The position numbers were made by a program, and so were the translations under genes. From assembly GCA_964016885.1 (NCBI GenBank), contig OZ024743.1, positions 112,902,001-112,966,000 on the forward strand: 64,000 bases of DNA. The letters run 5' to 3'. The DNA is from Eledone cirrhosa. Its lineage: Eukaryota. This document shows positions 13,326 through 28,400 of this stretch, piece after piece (the stretch's first letter is position 1; each line of letters begins with the position of its first letter). A model generated the notes under the pieces. The model did no database searches. It was not told the DNA's origin and saw nothing but the letters and a program-made list of their open reading frames with translations.

Positions 13326-13383
<58 letters not shown>

Positions 13384-13727
13384 TTGTGTCTATGTATGAT
13401 TTTGTTCAATATACCTACGGATAAATTAAAGCGCCCGCTGTCGGCTACTTACGAACCTAAGATGCAGCGCATGACTGCTGGACATGATATCCATTCATTT
13501 AGATACAACTCTCTACCATTTACACAAAAGAAAATCATTCTACGGAAAACAGTTTGAAGCAACAAATTTTCCAAAGACTCTCTGCCAATTAATTTCATTT
13601 TAAGAAACTGCAATTAACATTTTCGGTAATAAATTAGAGGTTATGGCGGATATGGCGGACATTAATCTTATGCCTAATTTAAGATGATGGAAGGGCCAAA
13701 GATAGGCATATATATATATATATATAT

Positions 13728-13794
<67 letters not shown>

Positions 13795-13947
13795 GAGGGA
13801 GAGAGAGAGAGACTGAGTATGTGCGTATATATGCTTGTGTGTGTATGTGTGGAGAGAGAGAGATAAGTTGATAGATATAGAGAGGGGGAGAGAAGTCTAT
13901 ACGTAATGAAAGGTAGAAAGGTATATTGACGGAAAGATAGATAGATA

Positions 13948-16900
13948 TGTTTCTTTATTAGCCACAGGGGCACAAAAGAAGAGGACAAATACAAAGGGGG
14001 AAGTTTACATACAATAAAAACGTGTAAGATATTATCACAAATGCAATTGAAAAGTTAATCGATTTTCCCCAATAGGGGGAGACATTTCATATGGGTAACA
14101 CACACCCATGAAAAAATGTGCAACCCTCATCTCCAGGAGTACGAAAAGAGTTAGTACCCCTTTCCTCTCTTCCTCCTTTTCCTCAACCTACAGGCTGATA
14201 TAGAGAGAAGGCCCATTCACTCGGGCCATTCTCGCCACTTTCACCCACCTTTCATAAAACTTGCTGGGGTACAGCACCTCACTCTCCATCCTGATTCTTC
14301 TTCCAAAGTGGTATTTGAAAAAAAGAATCAGTTGTTGGCCGGAGAGAAAGGTGTCTGACCTCAGCCCTTTTAATCTAGTCCACCATACAATCTCTTTCGC
14401 CATAGCTATCACAAAAAGGAAAACAGCCTCTCCTTCGTTTTTGAAGGAGGGTGGCGGTTTGATCATGACAATGGACTCAGTGGTCAACCGGATTGGTCCA
14501 ACCCGAGAAAATAGTCGTTTTACATAGCCCCACAGGTCGGTAACGCCCGGGCAGTTTACAAATGTGTGCGCGACGGTTTCCTCGTCGCGCACCTCATCTC
14601 GGACAGATCTTTTTCGAAGGATCCCTACCCGAGCGCCCGTGTCTGTAGAGCTTGTCTCGAACTGGTAGAGCTCCTCGGTAGCACTGCCAGGCCAGGGACT
14701 TTTGGAAGTTGTCCATCGGTCCCGGGCGGAAGGTCCTACCAAAGAGACTGGCCAGTTCGTCCTTCTCTACGCCCAGAGTTTCTCCGAGCGCGTCGTCGCA
14801 GTTGCTGCGGACCAACCCTCTATAGAATGTCGAAGTGGAGTCTCCACTGATCGCCGAGTCCGTTTGCCAGAGGACTGTGAGCGTCTGAGCACATTCGATG
14901 TGCCAGTCGCCCATTTTCCTCGATCTTTGCTTGACCCAGGACTGCAGCTCGGTCAGCGAGACGAGTCGTGGGAAGGCTCGCCTCACGAACGGGGCCACAC
15001 CGGTTGTCCGGTGAGGAATACGTGGAGGTGCCGCAGTCTGAGCGCGTGTTTGCGCATTGTCAGCCACGGCATTCCCAGCCCTCCGTTTGAAGGGTGTTAG
15101 CAGCAGATGGATCACTCACCAAAGGAGCCGTTTCTTCTAAAGGAATTGGAAGAGCGCGTGCTCCATTTTGGCGAGCGTTTTGGCTGGACAAGGCACGACG
15201 GACAAGCGGTAGTAGATGACGGACGCTATAAAAGTGTTCGCCACCTTTCAAGGATAGCTGGCACTCGGCCCACTTCTGGGTGAGCGCAAACACCTTGGCC
15301 GTCACCTCCTTCCAGTTCTTCTCCACCTGGAGGTCTGTACCAAACCAGACCCCGAGCAGCTTTACCGGTCCTTCCGTCCAGCGTCCGACGACGTCATCGG
15401 AAAGCATCGGTTTGCCTCTCCACGTTCCGAATTGCAAACCGACGGATTTGTTCCGGTTCAGCTTCGCTCCTGTGAACCTTTCGTATTCCTCCAGTAAGGT
15501 GCCGCTCTCCCCGATTTGCTCGACACCATTACTGTCTCGTCGTCGGCGTAGACCGACGCCGCTTTTCGCAGTCCCGGTTCCAAAGGGATGCCCTGCAATA
15601 GCTCCAACTTCCGCAGTAGTGGCTCGAGAGTCAGTACGTACAGAAGACAGGAGAGAAGGCATCCCTGTCGGTATGGATCGCGTGATATGGAACGGCTCCG
15701 ATAGGTAGACGTTCACCTTGACCCTTGAGCAGATGTTGCTGCTGTGCATTGCAGCAATCCAGCCCCTGAACGCGGGTCCGAAGCCTGCCGTCTCGAGCAC
15801 CGCATCCAGGTAACGATGGTCAACCCTATCGAAAGCCTTAGACTGATCCAAGTTGATCAGGGCCCCACCGAAGCCGGGTTTACACCCTACCCTCTCTATA
15901 ATGTATCGCATGAGGTGGAGGTTGTCATGTATGGACCTGGTCGGGATTGCGCATGTCTGCGTTTCTCCCACCAGGTTTTCGACGACAAGCGCCAGCCTCT
16001 TTGCCAACACCTTGGCCAAAATCTGTAACTCTGTATTGAGCAGTGTTATTGGCCGGAAGTTGCCTATGTCATCCCCCTCATTCTCGTCCTTCCTGACTAA
16101 TGTGACTACGCCCCTGGTCACAGAACTGGGAATTCTCCTGTTCTGCTGCCAGTTGCAGTAGACCGCTTCCAGGAGACCGGAGAACAAGTCCGGCATTGCT
16201 ACGTAAAATTCGTAGGGTAGACCGTCGAGACCTGGATATTTGCGTTTGCTGCATTGGCTCAGCGCGTCCCCTATCTCAGCGGCCGAAATCGGCCTTTCGC
16301 AGAACTTCGCCTCGCTGTCCGAGAGTCGCGGTAGGCCGTCAAGGTATGGACCGAAATCCATAGCCACTCCCGGCGCGCCGCCCTGCCCTATCAAATGAGC
16401 AAAGTGCCGCTGAAAGTCCGCGCACATCTGCTTCGGCTCATGTATCACGCGTCCGTCATGGTCCTTCAAAGACCGTATCGTGGACTTGTTGCCAATTTTC
16501 GCCTCCGTCACTCTAGCCCAGCTAACAGCTTTGTCTCCCTCGTTTTCCAGAGCACGTATTTTGTTTCTGACAATGCAGCATTCATGCTTTGCATCGAAGA
16601 ACTGGTCCAAGGCTGTTCTCGTAGCTCGCACGCTAGCTACGTTGCCACTCCTAAGTGCCTCTTCTATTTTATCTACCAGTTCCTTTTCGGTCTTATTTCT
16701 ATCTAACACTAATTCTTTACTAAAACCTATCGAGTCTAATCTAACTGCCCTCTTCAGAGAGTACCACCATTTGTTGTTGACAATGGCCCCGTCAAGCGCT
16801 GCTTAACTTAAGTGCTAATCCGTCTACTGTAGGCTTTGCATGTCGGTAACGACAAGTTCAGCTTCCAGTAGCCGGGTCCCTGTCTATGGGTTTTGTCAAG

Positions 16901-17256
16901 GTTGATTAAGCAGGTCACTAATTTGTGATCTGAATAGGCAACCATGAACATTTGTGGACAGCTTAACATGTCCCTATCATTCTTTCTAACTAGAAACCTA
17001 GGTACGATCTAGATGTTCCGCTACGATTAGTCCACGTCCACAGTGACACAGTCGGAAAATCTAGTCGATATCTATCGGCCAGGTCAAATCGGCCGATTAA
17101 CTGTTTGAGGCTGTTACACCCCCTCTATCGGAACATGCTCCCACATAGTCCCAACATGCATCTAGGATTCCATTCCAGTCCCCCACTAACAGCAGGGAGC
17201 GGGACGTCCCCAGAAAAGTCTGTAGACGTTTGAAGAAGTCTGGCCGCGGTGTCCCG
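13948..17256 (-). mobile_element. Tx1-clade non-LTR retrotransposon, 5'-truncated and decayed ORF2 (APE, RT, zinc knuckle)
   Basis: YSDHKLV..GPGYWKLN, PGLDGLPYEFY, NFRPITLLNTE, LDQSKAFDRV, frameshifted QGC/YADD region, ICPR..EETVAH. The 3' end is AATAAAGAAAC followed by (TATC)n, and the 5' end abuts (GATA)n at 17257-17354. Confidence 0.92.
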
Positions 17257-17344
<88 letters not shown>

Positions 17345-17739
17345 GATAGATAGAGGAAACGAAGGAATGAAAGAAAGAAATTATATGTAAAAGAGTATTA
17401 AATCAAATGTGTTTAAATCTCTATCCATTCTTCTCCCTTCATCAACACATGTTTACACATACAAAAATGGGTCAAATAGAAATTGCCATCAAATCTCCCT
17501 CATCATACACACTACCGTCTTAAAAAGATCACTTTAGATAATCTCGTCATGGCGTTACTGCACAAGGTGAAAAATGGTAGAGTCACGACTGGAGTACCTT
17601 TCGTATACATGACGCTGTTGTTCGTTTGTTCTTTGTTTGACTATGTATATTTCTTATGTGAGCGATTGTATCTTTGTGTTATATGCGTGACGATGAGACC
17701 AGAACCAACGATCTCATTTCCATTTTCGTCATATGCAGG

Positions 17740-17940
17740 GAAGCGGATTGGCAGTATCGGTATGGCGTCAGATACCATCCTTTGCAGCATAGAGTTATGG
17801 CCCTTTATGATCTAAGTTCAAATTCTGCCGAGGTTAACTTTGCCTTTCATCCTTGCGGGGTCGATAAAATAAAGTACCAGTTACGCACTGGAGTCGATTT
17901 AATCGACTCCCCCCCCCCCCCCCAGAATTGTTGGCCTTGT
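17740..17940 (+). mobile_element. tRNA-derived SINE (same family as 813-1005)
   Basis: TGGCAGTATCGGT A-box-like, GTTCAAATTC B box, GCCTTTCATCC..GGGGTCGATAAAA core. Confidence 0.85.
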
Positions 17941-18189
17941 GCGGGATTTGAACTCAGATCATAAAGGGCCGTAACCGTAATAATGAAACACCCGAAATCT
18001 ATCCTACCGTGATCACTTGACATCAGCTTTTTTTCTCAATTCCGGTTTCCTAACCAATCACATTACTTCATTTAATACTTATGCCAGGAGACAGCAGCCC
18101 GGCTGAGGAAAGTACCTGTGATGATAGGGTTCAACTTTTTTCTCTTTCCCCGCTCACTAAAATAAAATTATGACCGTTAAAATCAAATG

Positions 18190-18400
18190 CAATTTCCTCC
18201 TAACATATTTTCTTTTAATTTGATACTTCTTTTTTCCCTTGCTAAATTTCGGTTTAGATATTTAACAAATGTTATTTCCCGTATTTTTCTAAATATTTCG
18301 TTACGCTTATCATTTATCAGTTTAAATAATCATAAAGAGAATACCTACTATACACCTTTTACCTTTATTACGATAAATTGTTTTTGATATATGTTGTGAA
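18190..18400 (-). pseudogene. Possible PLE GIY-YIG C-terminal remnant
   Basis: Minus strand LFKLINDKRNEIFRKIREITFVKYLNRNL resembles the R..RE..FI....P.LN tail of PLE endonucleases; weak similarity. Confidence 0.25.
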
Positions 18401-18826
18401 GTTCGCATAATTCCAAGAATGTTTATTACTCTTTCAATTATAACGGTCAATATCCAATTCCACATCCTTTAACGTCAATTATTTAACCAAATAATTCTTT
18501 AGATGTTTAAATTTTTCAGCTTTACGATATTCGCTATATATAATTGCACCATAAATGATATTTAAGCTTCTTTAATTAAATTTATTTTATCGTATAACTC
18601 TGTACGTTTTAAACATATTTATCCATATTCAGAGGTTTTATTTCGTATTTATAGATTCAAGATAACTAACGATATATACTCTTTTAATTTCTACTCATCT
18701 CTTTTCAATTAAGTATTTTTGATTTCCAATATCTATATAGCAGATTTTGCTTTGATATAAAGTTGATCTCACATCCCTTTGTAATTGTGAAATTTATAAA
18801 TATATATTATATATATATATACAAAC

Positions 18827-18900
<74 letters not shown>

Positions 18901-18947
18901 CTCTTTCTCTCTCTCTCTCTCTTTCTGTGGGTGTGCATACATATATC

Positions 18948-18980
<33 letters not shown>

Positions 18981-19542
18981 GCATATATACATATATACAT
19001 ATATATTTATTTATTTATACATACATATATATATATATACATATATACATATATATATATTTATTTATTTATACATACATATATATATATGTATAAATAT
19101 ATATGTGTGTGTATGTGTGTGTATGTGTGTGTGTGTATGTATGTATGTATGTATGTATGTATGTACATATGACGGTAAATGTTATTCGTTCTTGAGTATT
19201 CAATTGAATAACTCACACAATCAATATGTCGGTACAAGTTCGAATCATTCGAGCATCAGGGATGTAGTTTTACATTAATATAAAGATTCACTCCACAACT
19301 TCCCCCTACCCTAGAATCGACCCTAGGGAGTATCCAAGAGTCGATAAAAATAATTGCTTTAGTTCAAAATCAGGACCACAGTTAGAATCTTACCGGGCGT
19401 GCTGTTCCTCGGCTGTTTCAATCATCTTTATCACACCGGACATCGTATAAATATATGCGTTTGTAGGCGTGTTAATGTGTATGGGAAAGGCCTCTTATGT
19501 TGCTGCTGTTGCTCTTAATGCCATTGTTGATTGCTCTGTTGT

Positions 19543-20091
<549 letters not shown>

Positions 20092-20243
20092 GACAGGGGT
20101 GGAGAAAAAAATGGCTTCACTTGTGCTTTCAAGAAATTTATTTTCTTCACAAAATCCAAAAAGAATTTTTTTCCGGATTAGAAAAAATTTTTTTTTTAAA
20201 AGAAAAATTTTTATAAATTAAGTCGTTGGTTGTTGGTTAGGTC

Positions 20244-20285
<42 letters not shown>

Positions 20286-20291
20286 TATATA

Positions 20292-20872
20292 TAAGTATGT
20301 ACACATACATACATATATGTATACAGACGTACAGTAGTATGTATATATATATACATACATGCAAACATACATATATGTACGTATGGATTCACTGAACATT
20401 TATTATAATGCTCGGTGTGTTTGTAAACAAACATCCCGAATTAAGCCGTAGTGTCTAGCAACCACCGTTGCTCGTTTGTTCAACACTGACAAAGGAACGC
20501 TGTACTAGTTTCAAGCTTATTAGATATCGTCAACAACGTATACCTTCCTGCCAGATTGTTGAACATATATACTTACCTTATGCATATTAACGGCTGAGTA
20601 GCCCAATTTTCATATCGAGTAGGTTAATCGCCCGGGTGCACCGAAAACGATAAACGGAAAAAATGAAACAAAATTTCATTTCCCACTCTTAGTACGGCTG
20701 TTACTTAAATATAAGTATGTACACGTACATACATATATGTATACAGACGTACAGTAGTATATATATATATATATACATACATGCACACATATATGTATGT
20801 ACACGTACATACTTATATTTAAGTAACAGCCGTACTAAGAGTGGGAAATGAAATTTTGTTTCATTTTTTCCG
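20292..20872 (+). mobile_element. Family B copy (one unit plus inverted terminal segment)
   Basis: Nearly identical to 12815-13202. Segment 20795-20872 inverts 20655-20732. Confidence 0.8.
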
Positions 20873-21001
20873 ATTATATATATGTGTGTGTATATATATA
20901 TACATATATATATATAAAAGGAACGATCGACTTTCGTCAAATCGGACCGAGGGAACAATGTTTCCGTTGGTCTTTCCAATTGCTAATACTATCTATCGGT
21001 C

Positions 21002-21284
21002 GCAACTCCAGGTAGAAGGAGCAACGTGAAATAAAGTGTCTTGCTCAAGGACATAACGCATCGCCTGGTCTAGGAATCGAACTCACAACCTTACGATTGC
21101 GAATCCAATTCTCTAACCACTCCGCCACACGCCTTCATATATATATGTGAAGGTGTGTGGCGGAGTGTTTAGACAATTGGATTCGCAATCGTAAGGTTGT
21201 GAGTTCGATTCCTAGACCAGGCGATGCGTTATGTCCTTGAGCAAGACACTTTATTTCACGTTGCTCCTTCTACCTGGAGTTGCA
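21002..21284. mobile_element. Head-to-head inverted pair of tRNA-derived CORE-like SINE 5' halves
   Basis: GTGGCGGAGTGGTTAG A box, GAGTTCGATTCC B box, GTCCTTGAGCAAGACACT core-like segment. Arms at 21002-21137 and 21148-21284 surround a short TA run. Confidence 0.8.
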
Positions 21285-21379
21285 ATGTTTCCGAACACGG
21301 AAGAGCCGAACTCCCACTGTCATCGCTTCCATCTTTCTCGCCCTCTCCATCTCTCTGTATAGTAAGCAAATGGAGTCCC

Positions 21380-21900
21380 ACGTGCTGGCCGCCCCATAGC
21401 CTCGGCGAACAGAGTGGAGAAGGCGTATCCCCGGAGGATGGTACGGAAGATGCTCTGGAAGAGCCATTCCATCTCGCGAGGCTCACACCTGCGGCTGGCC
21501 AGCTCAGCTCCTATGGTGGTGAGAAGGGAGGTAGCTCTAGGGCCAAGGACACCAGAAGTCTCCACTGCCAAGGGCACGACCGGAAACTTGTCGGAGAGTG
21601 ACCGGTACTTGGATAGTTTACTCTCCTCAGCCCGAAGTGCAGCAGAACCTGGGTTAGTCGCAGACTGCACCAGGTTGAGGCTGGAGAGTGTGTCGCTACA
21701 AGTGGCATCCCAGACGAAGGGGTTTGCCACCGCGGAACGGGAAGATGGTCATACTGTCTGCTCTTTTGCCGTCCCCTCGGTCCAGCAGGCTCAAGCTGGG
21801 AGGAGAAGCCTGCAGCATCTAAGCCATACTTTATGACCTCGTTGAGGGCAGCATGGCGTGGAAGTCGGCCGGCACTATAGCGATAGGAAAGCCGGTAGTA
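21380..21900 (-). mobile_element. CRE-like RLE endonuclease fragment
   Basis: SAGRLPRHAALNEVIKYGLDAAGFSSQLEP...WDATCSDTLS...KYRSLSD..LAVETSG...WLFQ, with frameshifts. Confidence 0.8.
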
Positions 21901-23144
21901 ATTCCTCTACTGCCACTCGCTCATTCATTCTCGATTTGTTTTTTTTCACTTCCTGTCGCGTTACATGGAATAGAAAAATACACACCAGAAAATATTTTGT
22001 GATATAAAGTGTGTGTGTGCGAATGCCTACATATTTTTGTGTACTGTGGAATATCGATAGTTTTTCACATATAGCCAGCCTAACGTATTCAATATTTTAT
22101 ACCATTCAAAAACCTATGTTTTCTTTTGTTAGTTTCTTTTGTTAGTTTCTTTTATATGTATGACTAGTTTTTTTCTTCATTGAATGATGAAAATATTCAT
22201 TATATACCTTGAAATAAGTCGAATCACCATCAACTGTGCAACATTTCATATTTATTGGATAACATAATTATGTCAGCTACTCATGAACTTTGCCTTGTTT
22301 AATATTTTAAATTCTAGAGGTCTCGATTTACATATATTTCCACAGTCATAATAATCCATCCAACACACCTATTTTAAACACCTCTAGTGTATATTTAATA
22401 CACATACTAGTATTGATCTAACCTTGACACTATATTTAGTCTGCTACCTTTTCTCTTCCTTTTTACCATATATTGATTTTTGGTAATAGCCCAGCTATTT
22501 CTATTCATTGCTCGCATTATTAGCCCAGCCATTTCTATATATTGATTTTTATAATATTCTTGCTAGAAGAGGTGATTTCACAGAACTGATAGATCGTTGG
22601 AGGAAATGCTAAGCAACCTTTAGTAACGTTCCGGGTTCAAATCTCACCCTTCATCTCATCTCATTACCGTTCATATTTTCGGGGGTTGATAAAATAAAGT
22701 ACAAATCAAGTACTGGGGCTAATTTAATCAACATTCCCCTTCCTCCAAACAATGGTGGCCCGTGCTTAAATCAGAAATCAATAATATCCCTGCTAAAGTG
22801 ATGGATTGGCAAAATTTGTTGCGCGTTGGACAAAATGCTTTGCAGCATTTAGTTACGTCCCTTTACCTTCTGAGATCAAATCCCACCGAGGTCAACTGTG
22901 CATTTCTTTCTTACGGTGTCGAGAATATAATCTACCAGCCATGTCCTGGGATCAATGTAATTAACTTTTCCCTCCGTCCCATATTTCTATATAATGGTTT
23001 CAATAATAGCCCAGTTATTTATATATCCATTCGTCTGTTATTCTAATGCAACATTCAATCCAACCTGTTATTTACAATTGACAAATCATGGTATTCATCC
23101 CTATCAATTTATAAAGTAGATCTCGGTTTATTATAATTTGAAAA

Positions 23145-23590
23145 AGGGTGGTGCATTGGCAGTATCGGTAGAGGGTTCGACGACATGCTTTGCAGCATAG
23201 AGTTACGGCCCTTTATGATCTGAGTTCAAATCCCGTCGAGGTTAACTTTGCCTTTCATCCTTACCGGGTCGATAAAATAAAGAACCAGTAACATACTGGG
23301 GTCGATTTAATTGACTTTCTCCTCCCTCAAAATTGCTGGCCTTGTGCCTAAAGTAGAAACAATTATTATACTTTGGAAAAAGGCGATGTATTGGCTGTAT
23401 CGATAGAACGTCAGACAGCATGCTTACCGGCATAATTACGGCCTTTTACGTTCTGATTTCAAATGCCACCGAGGTTAACATTGCGTTTCATCCTAACGGG
23501 CTGGATAAAATAAAGTACCAGTAATGCACTGGTACTTGACTTTCCCCTCCCCTTCAAATTGCTGGCTTTGTGCCTAAAGTAGAAACTAGT
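23145..23590 (+). mobile_element. Two tandem SINE copies (813-1005 family)
   Basis: Two head-to-tail copies with B box and core domain; older copies lie upstream at about 22600-22975. Confidence 0.8.
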
Positions 23591-24709
23591 GTTATGATTT
23601 GAAAAAGTAGTATTTGCAAAACAAGTCTCATTCAACCTTATTAAACGACATCTAACTCTACTTCATTGAGAGGCGACTTTCAGTTAAGGATTTTATATTA
23701 CACTTAACTATATCTATATTGATATACGTATATATATAACTAAATTGTACATTATATTTGTATAATGTATAGTATATTCATATAGTATATCTGTATTTAT
23801 GTATATCAACTGTGTGTATGTATGTATATGTATGTATAAAGACGAAAATCTGGAGAATTCTAGGCCCCTTCAGGCATAAAAGCCGAATATTATATCACTA
23901 TAATGGATGCATTCCATAACATCTTAACTATAATAAAGGAAGATCTGCGGGATTGCGTCCAGAATATATTTTTTTACCCCGTTTGTAAAATAAGTTGGAT
24001 TACTTTGAATAAATAATGAATGAATATTACATAATTTATGTGCTAAATTTCGTGGCTGTTGATTAAATATATTTTATAGCTTATTTAAAGATCTTTAAAA
24101 TTCAATTCTTTAAAATTATCAAATGTCAACACTTCCGGTTAGCGGCCGTTATATTATAACACTTATAATCGCATATATTTCCATCGCTAATTTTCTCCTA
24201 ATGCAGTTTATATATAATGTCGTCTTTTTTTTAAATATATCATGGATTACTGATTACAGAGGACAGTGTAACATAGGCTTTGTTCAATTTCTGTGTATAT
24301 TGTCAATTACGATTTTATTTGATGTATCATATTTACATGCATATATATTTGTGTATAATATCAATATACACACTGCACATGCTAGCAGAAAACCACCCAA
24401 TTCCCTCGGTTGTTACTGTAGATTTGTCCATTGTATGTAAGCAGTCGTTCGGGTCATAAAACCTATCAGTGATGTCTTCATAACAATCCGTCGTGTAGGT
24501 GAATCATCAGTAAAAACTAAAACCAGGATAAGATATCTTCCTGGACTGAAGTGTATTCTATACCCAGTGCCCAGTGATATCTCCATAACAAATCCGTCGT
24601 GTGGGTTGGTCATTAGTAAAACTTAAACCTACTCATTTTCTTCGGTTAGAGTATTTATTCTATATAAAGTTTTCAATGATAATGATGTTTCTGAAGCAAT
24701 CATATCGTT

Positions 24710-24900
24710 AAATACCATGTATACTTTAGGGACGGGCATCTAAGCTGTAGTTTAATCTAGTTAATCCATTTTTCGCTTCTCTATTCTATAATCCTGTGGG
24801 GTAACAAATATTTCATCTTCAATCGAGAAATCATTTTAGCTTGTTATGCATTGACCTTGCAGAAATTCCCTTAATACAAGTTTGCGTGACATGATTATTA
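24710..24900 (-). pseudogene. Possible decayed Neptune-like PLE endonuclease C-terminus
   Basis: With frameshifts reads NREAK(W)ITRLN...HGI(N), like RE..WI..L.T..P.GLN. Followed by a ~60-bp direct repeat at about 24467 and 24573. Confidence 0.25.
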
Positions 24901-25071
24901 CATTGTTTAACCTTCCTTACTTTATCTTGAGCAAGACAACTTCTTTCTCTTTAAGGGTATATTCAACTATTCCAATTTTGATACCTAAAACTTTTTACTT
25001 TGTCATCCGCTCTGTTTGTCATATTTTTTCACTTTCATTTACCTTGCTTGTTTGTTTGTTTGTTTGTTTTT

Positions 25072-25126
<55 letters not shown>

Positions 25127-25163
25127 TCTCTCTCTCTCTCTGTCTCTCTTTCTCTCTATCTCC

Positions 25164-25195
<32 letters not shown>

Positions 25196-25288
25196 ACCCC
25201 CTCTCTCTCTCTCTCTCTCTTTCTGACGCTCACTCTACCTCTCCCTCTTTTTCTGACTCTCTCTCTCCCTCTCTCTCCTTTTCCCCCC

Positions 25289-25327
<39 letters not shown>

Positions 25328-25433
25328 CTCATTTTCTTACCTTTTTTTCTGTATAATTTATCAAATATTGTTTTTTTTTCTGACTCTTTCTCTATTTCTC
25401 TCTCTCTCCTTCTCTCTCTTCTCTCTCTCTCTC

Positions 25434-25483
<50 letters not shown>

Positions 25484-28400
25484 TCTCTCACCCTCGCTGA
25501 TACAGTCTTTTATTTTCTTCTCTCAGTCTCATTAGCAATGTTTTGAGTATTCACTAAACCATTGATTATGTCGATTTGGGCAAAACGCCATTAATCATCA
25601 TTTCATTTGGCAAATATCTTTTTTATTCTTGAAACAAAATTATGACATGGTTCCCGCCTCAAGGATAAGATGTTAGATGCGTAAGTTAGCTGCATTATTC
25701 TGATCTCATTGGATCCGAATGTCGTATATTCTATCATATGACTGCTGTTGGCAACACATCATTGCCAACAATCTTATCTTACTTGGCTCTATTTTTCTAA
25801 TGGGTAATTTCCATTTTACTCAAAAGAAGAGTGTCCTTCCGTTGATACTACTCCGCCGCATATCCATCAACAATGACCAGCTCCCAGGGGGAGAGGGAGT
25901 CTAGGAAATAGATCATACTTTATAGCTAGTAAACTGCAGTGACATTTAAATAACGTTATAAGGAGCATAGAATTGAATCAGCTAAAAATGTTTAATGTCC
26001 TTCCCGGAAAGCAAACAAACAAATTAAACAAGTTAGTCAACATGGCGGATATCTATTCATCCCACAGGCAAGTCGCAATGAATTATGGGAAAACATTTAT
26101 TGCCACCAAGGAAAATAACGATGATAGCAAACATTTTCACGGAAACGAACAGTTGATGTATTGACTGAGTGAATTTTCTTCTCTTTCTGGCTTTGCCAGT
26201 CAGGAGTTCGTACCTCGTTAGAAAAACTTACTTTATTTTCCTGAGCGAAGCAATTAACACTGCTCGTTTTCATCTACGATATATAGGAAAACGACGGTGC
26301 CGAACAAAAAAAAGTTAAAAAAACAAAGTGAGACATTTCAAATTGCGTTCAGTTAATTTATTCTTATATAAAAAGACGTAGAATTATTGAATCATTGTTA
26401 AAAACAATTCCATCTCATAATAAACTTAACATTTAGACGTGATTTTCTATTTTAGGTACAATAGTTTCTTAAATAACATAACACTTGGCTTAAATATACA
26501 TGGAATACCTCTAAATTCTCAATCTTTTCTTAGACTTTTTTATCTTCGTTATAAATGTATAATGGTCACTGTGAATAGTAGGTTTGTATCGATCAGCACC
26601 AGGATGAATCTGATTGATAAAAAAAACAGCAACCGTATATGTTTGTGCGAGCTCAATTTGCCTTTTATTTCTGAAGGGCCGTTAAAATAGGCACCGGCTT
26701 TGGACTTACTTAGCGCCGTCATTTTCGAACTCTTTCCATATTTAATATTCAACCGCATTGATCCTTGTTATTCAAATGTTATGACTTTCTCTGACCACTA
26801 ATTATCACTTGAATGAAGCTCCTTCCATGAACATCTCATCGTTTCTAGTATATTATATCCAGATATAAAACTTTGTTTTTTAATATACAAGCAAAACCAA
26901 ATACAAGCAAACTCCCAATCCTCATTTGAACTACACTACAAATTAATAAGATCGTACAGCTGTTGTCTTAAAGAACAGCCAGCAATGTACACTGCATCAT
27001 CCATTTCACCTCGCTAATCTTCTTTATCTGACAAGAAATGCGCAGATAAGTGCAACAGTCCGAGGGCTGAGAATACTGAAGGTTTCGACGGCTACCGGCG
27101 ACATGAGGTCAGGTCATTAATTACTAGCATTTAAATTGTGTTATCCAGTATATTGATCCATGACATATTAGAAAGATATATATGTATGGACGGATGGATT
27201 CCTAACTCGTGGTGGAGTCGTAGAGGCGCTGTGGTGAAATAGGACGTGTCTTAGACATTTTAAATATGACGGAGCCCATCTCCTCTCCAGATCTGAACAC
27301 AAATATTGAAAAATACCCACCCCAGTACTGCACTGATAATTTTATCGACCTCGAAAGGACGAAAGGCTAAGTTGACCTCGGTGTAATTTGAACTCAGAAT
27401 GTAGAGAGCTTGAAAGAATACCGCAAAACATTCTACCCGACGTTCAAACGACTCCGGTAATTCGTCGCCTGCTAGAAAGGTATAGTTTTGTTTAACCCAA
27501 GGCAAATTATCATTTATAATCATCCAGCCATTATTATAAGTTCATGAACTTAACACCACATTATACAGCGTCTTCTTTTCTATGAATGTAGCATGTAATT
27601 TAAAGGGGACTTAGCTGCTATTTCTGGAAAGTCAATCGACCATAGACTCTTTCACTGGCTTGTCAGTGATGAACTGAATAACGTGTACAAATAATTATTT
27701 CTGAATTGAAATTAGCCTCTTAGTCATTTGTTGTTGATGCTGTTGCTGCGGTTGTTCTCGTTGCTGCTGTCATTGTTGTTGCTGCTGCGATTGTTGTTGT
27801 TGTTACTATAGTTGTTGTTGTTATTTATGATAGTTCATATTAGTATTGTCAGTAGTAATATTTATTGTAATGTTCGTGGTGTATGGTGACGTCCTTGCAA
27901 CCCGAGAGTAGAAGAGGTAATTGCTAATGTTGAAGTTGTTTCCGTTTTTCTCGGTGACCCTGTTATTATATCTGTTGATGTTATTATTACTATTTTTTGT
28001 GAAGCAGTAGTAGTAGTCATAGTAGTAGTTGCTTTTTTGAAATTAAAGTTTATTACAATATTATACAAAAGGTTCTAAAAAAGCTTTCTATGATACATAT
28101 TTTTAATGTAAGAATATAAAAAAATATTTAAGGCTGAATAACAACAGATAAGTATCAGTAATAACCTGAGGTCCATTTAACCAAATATACAAAGTTGGGG
28201 GGGGGGGGGTTGCAAAATCTTCAAATCTCAATTTTAAAAATCGAAATGGAAATCCCAACCTTAAATACTAAACAAAAAATAAAGAAAAGAAACATTGAAT
28301 TGTGTGGGTTCGCAGTCGGTCTGGACAATGAGCACTTAGTTTTTAACTGAATTCCTAGTTGTAAAATCGTGTTACAGGCCGACTATTCTACAGACACGTG

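Noticed and set aside
15060-16709. 549-aa ORF as an intact reverse transcriptase gene
   Set aside because: A frameshift takes the QG and YADD motifs out of frame, and the element is 5'-truncated.
24460-24630. CTGATGA box in a ~60-bp direct repeat on the minus strand
   Set aside because: No GAAA box or closing stems, and the second copy reads CTAATGA.
25783-25900. Candidate minus-strand internal exon with good splice sites
   Set aside because: All three frames contain stops, so it could only be terminal or non-coding; no recognisable homology.
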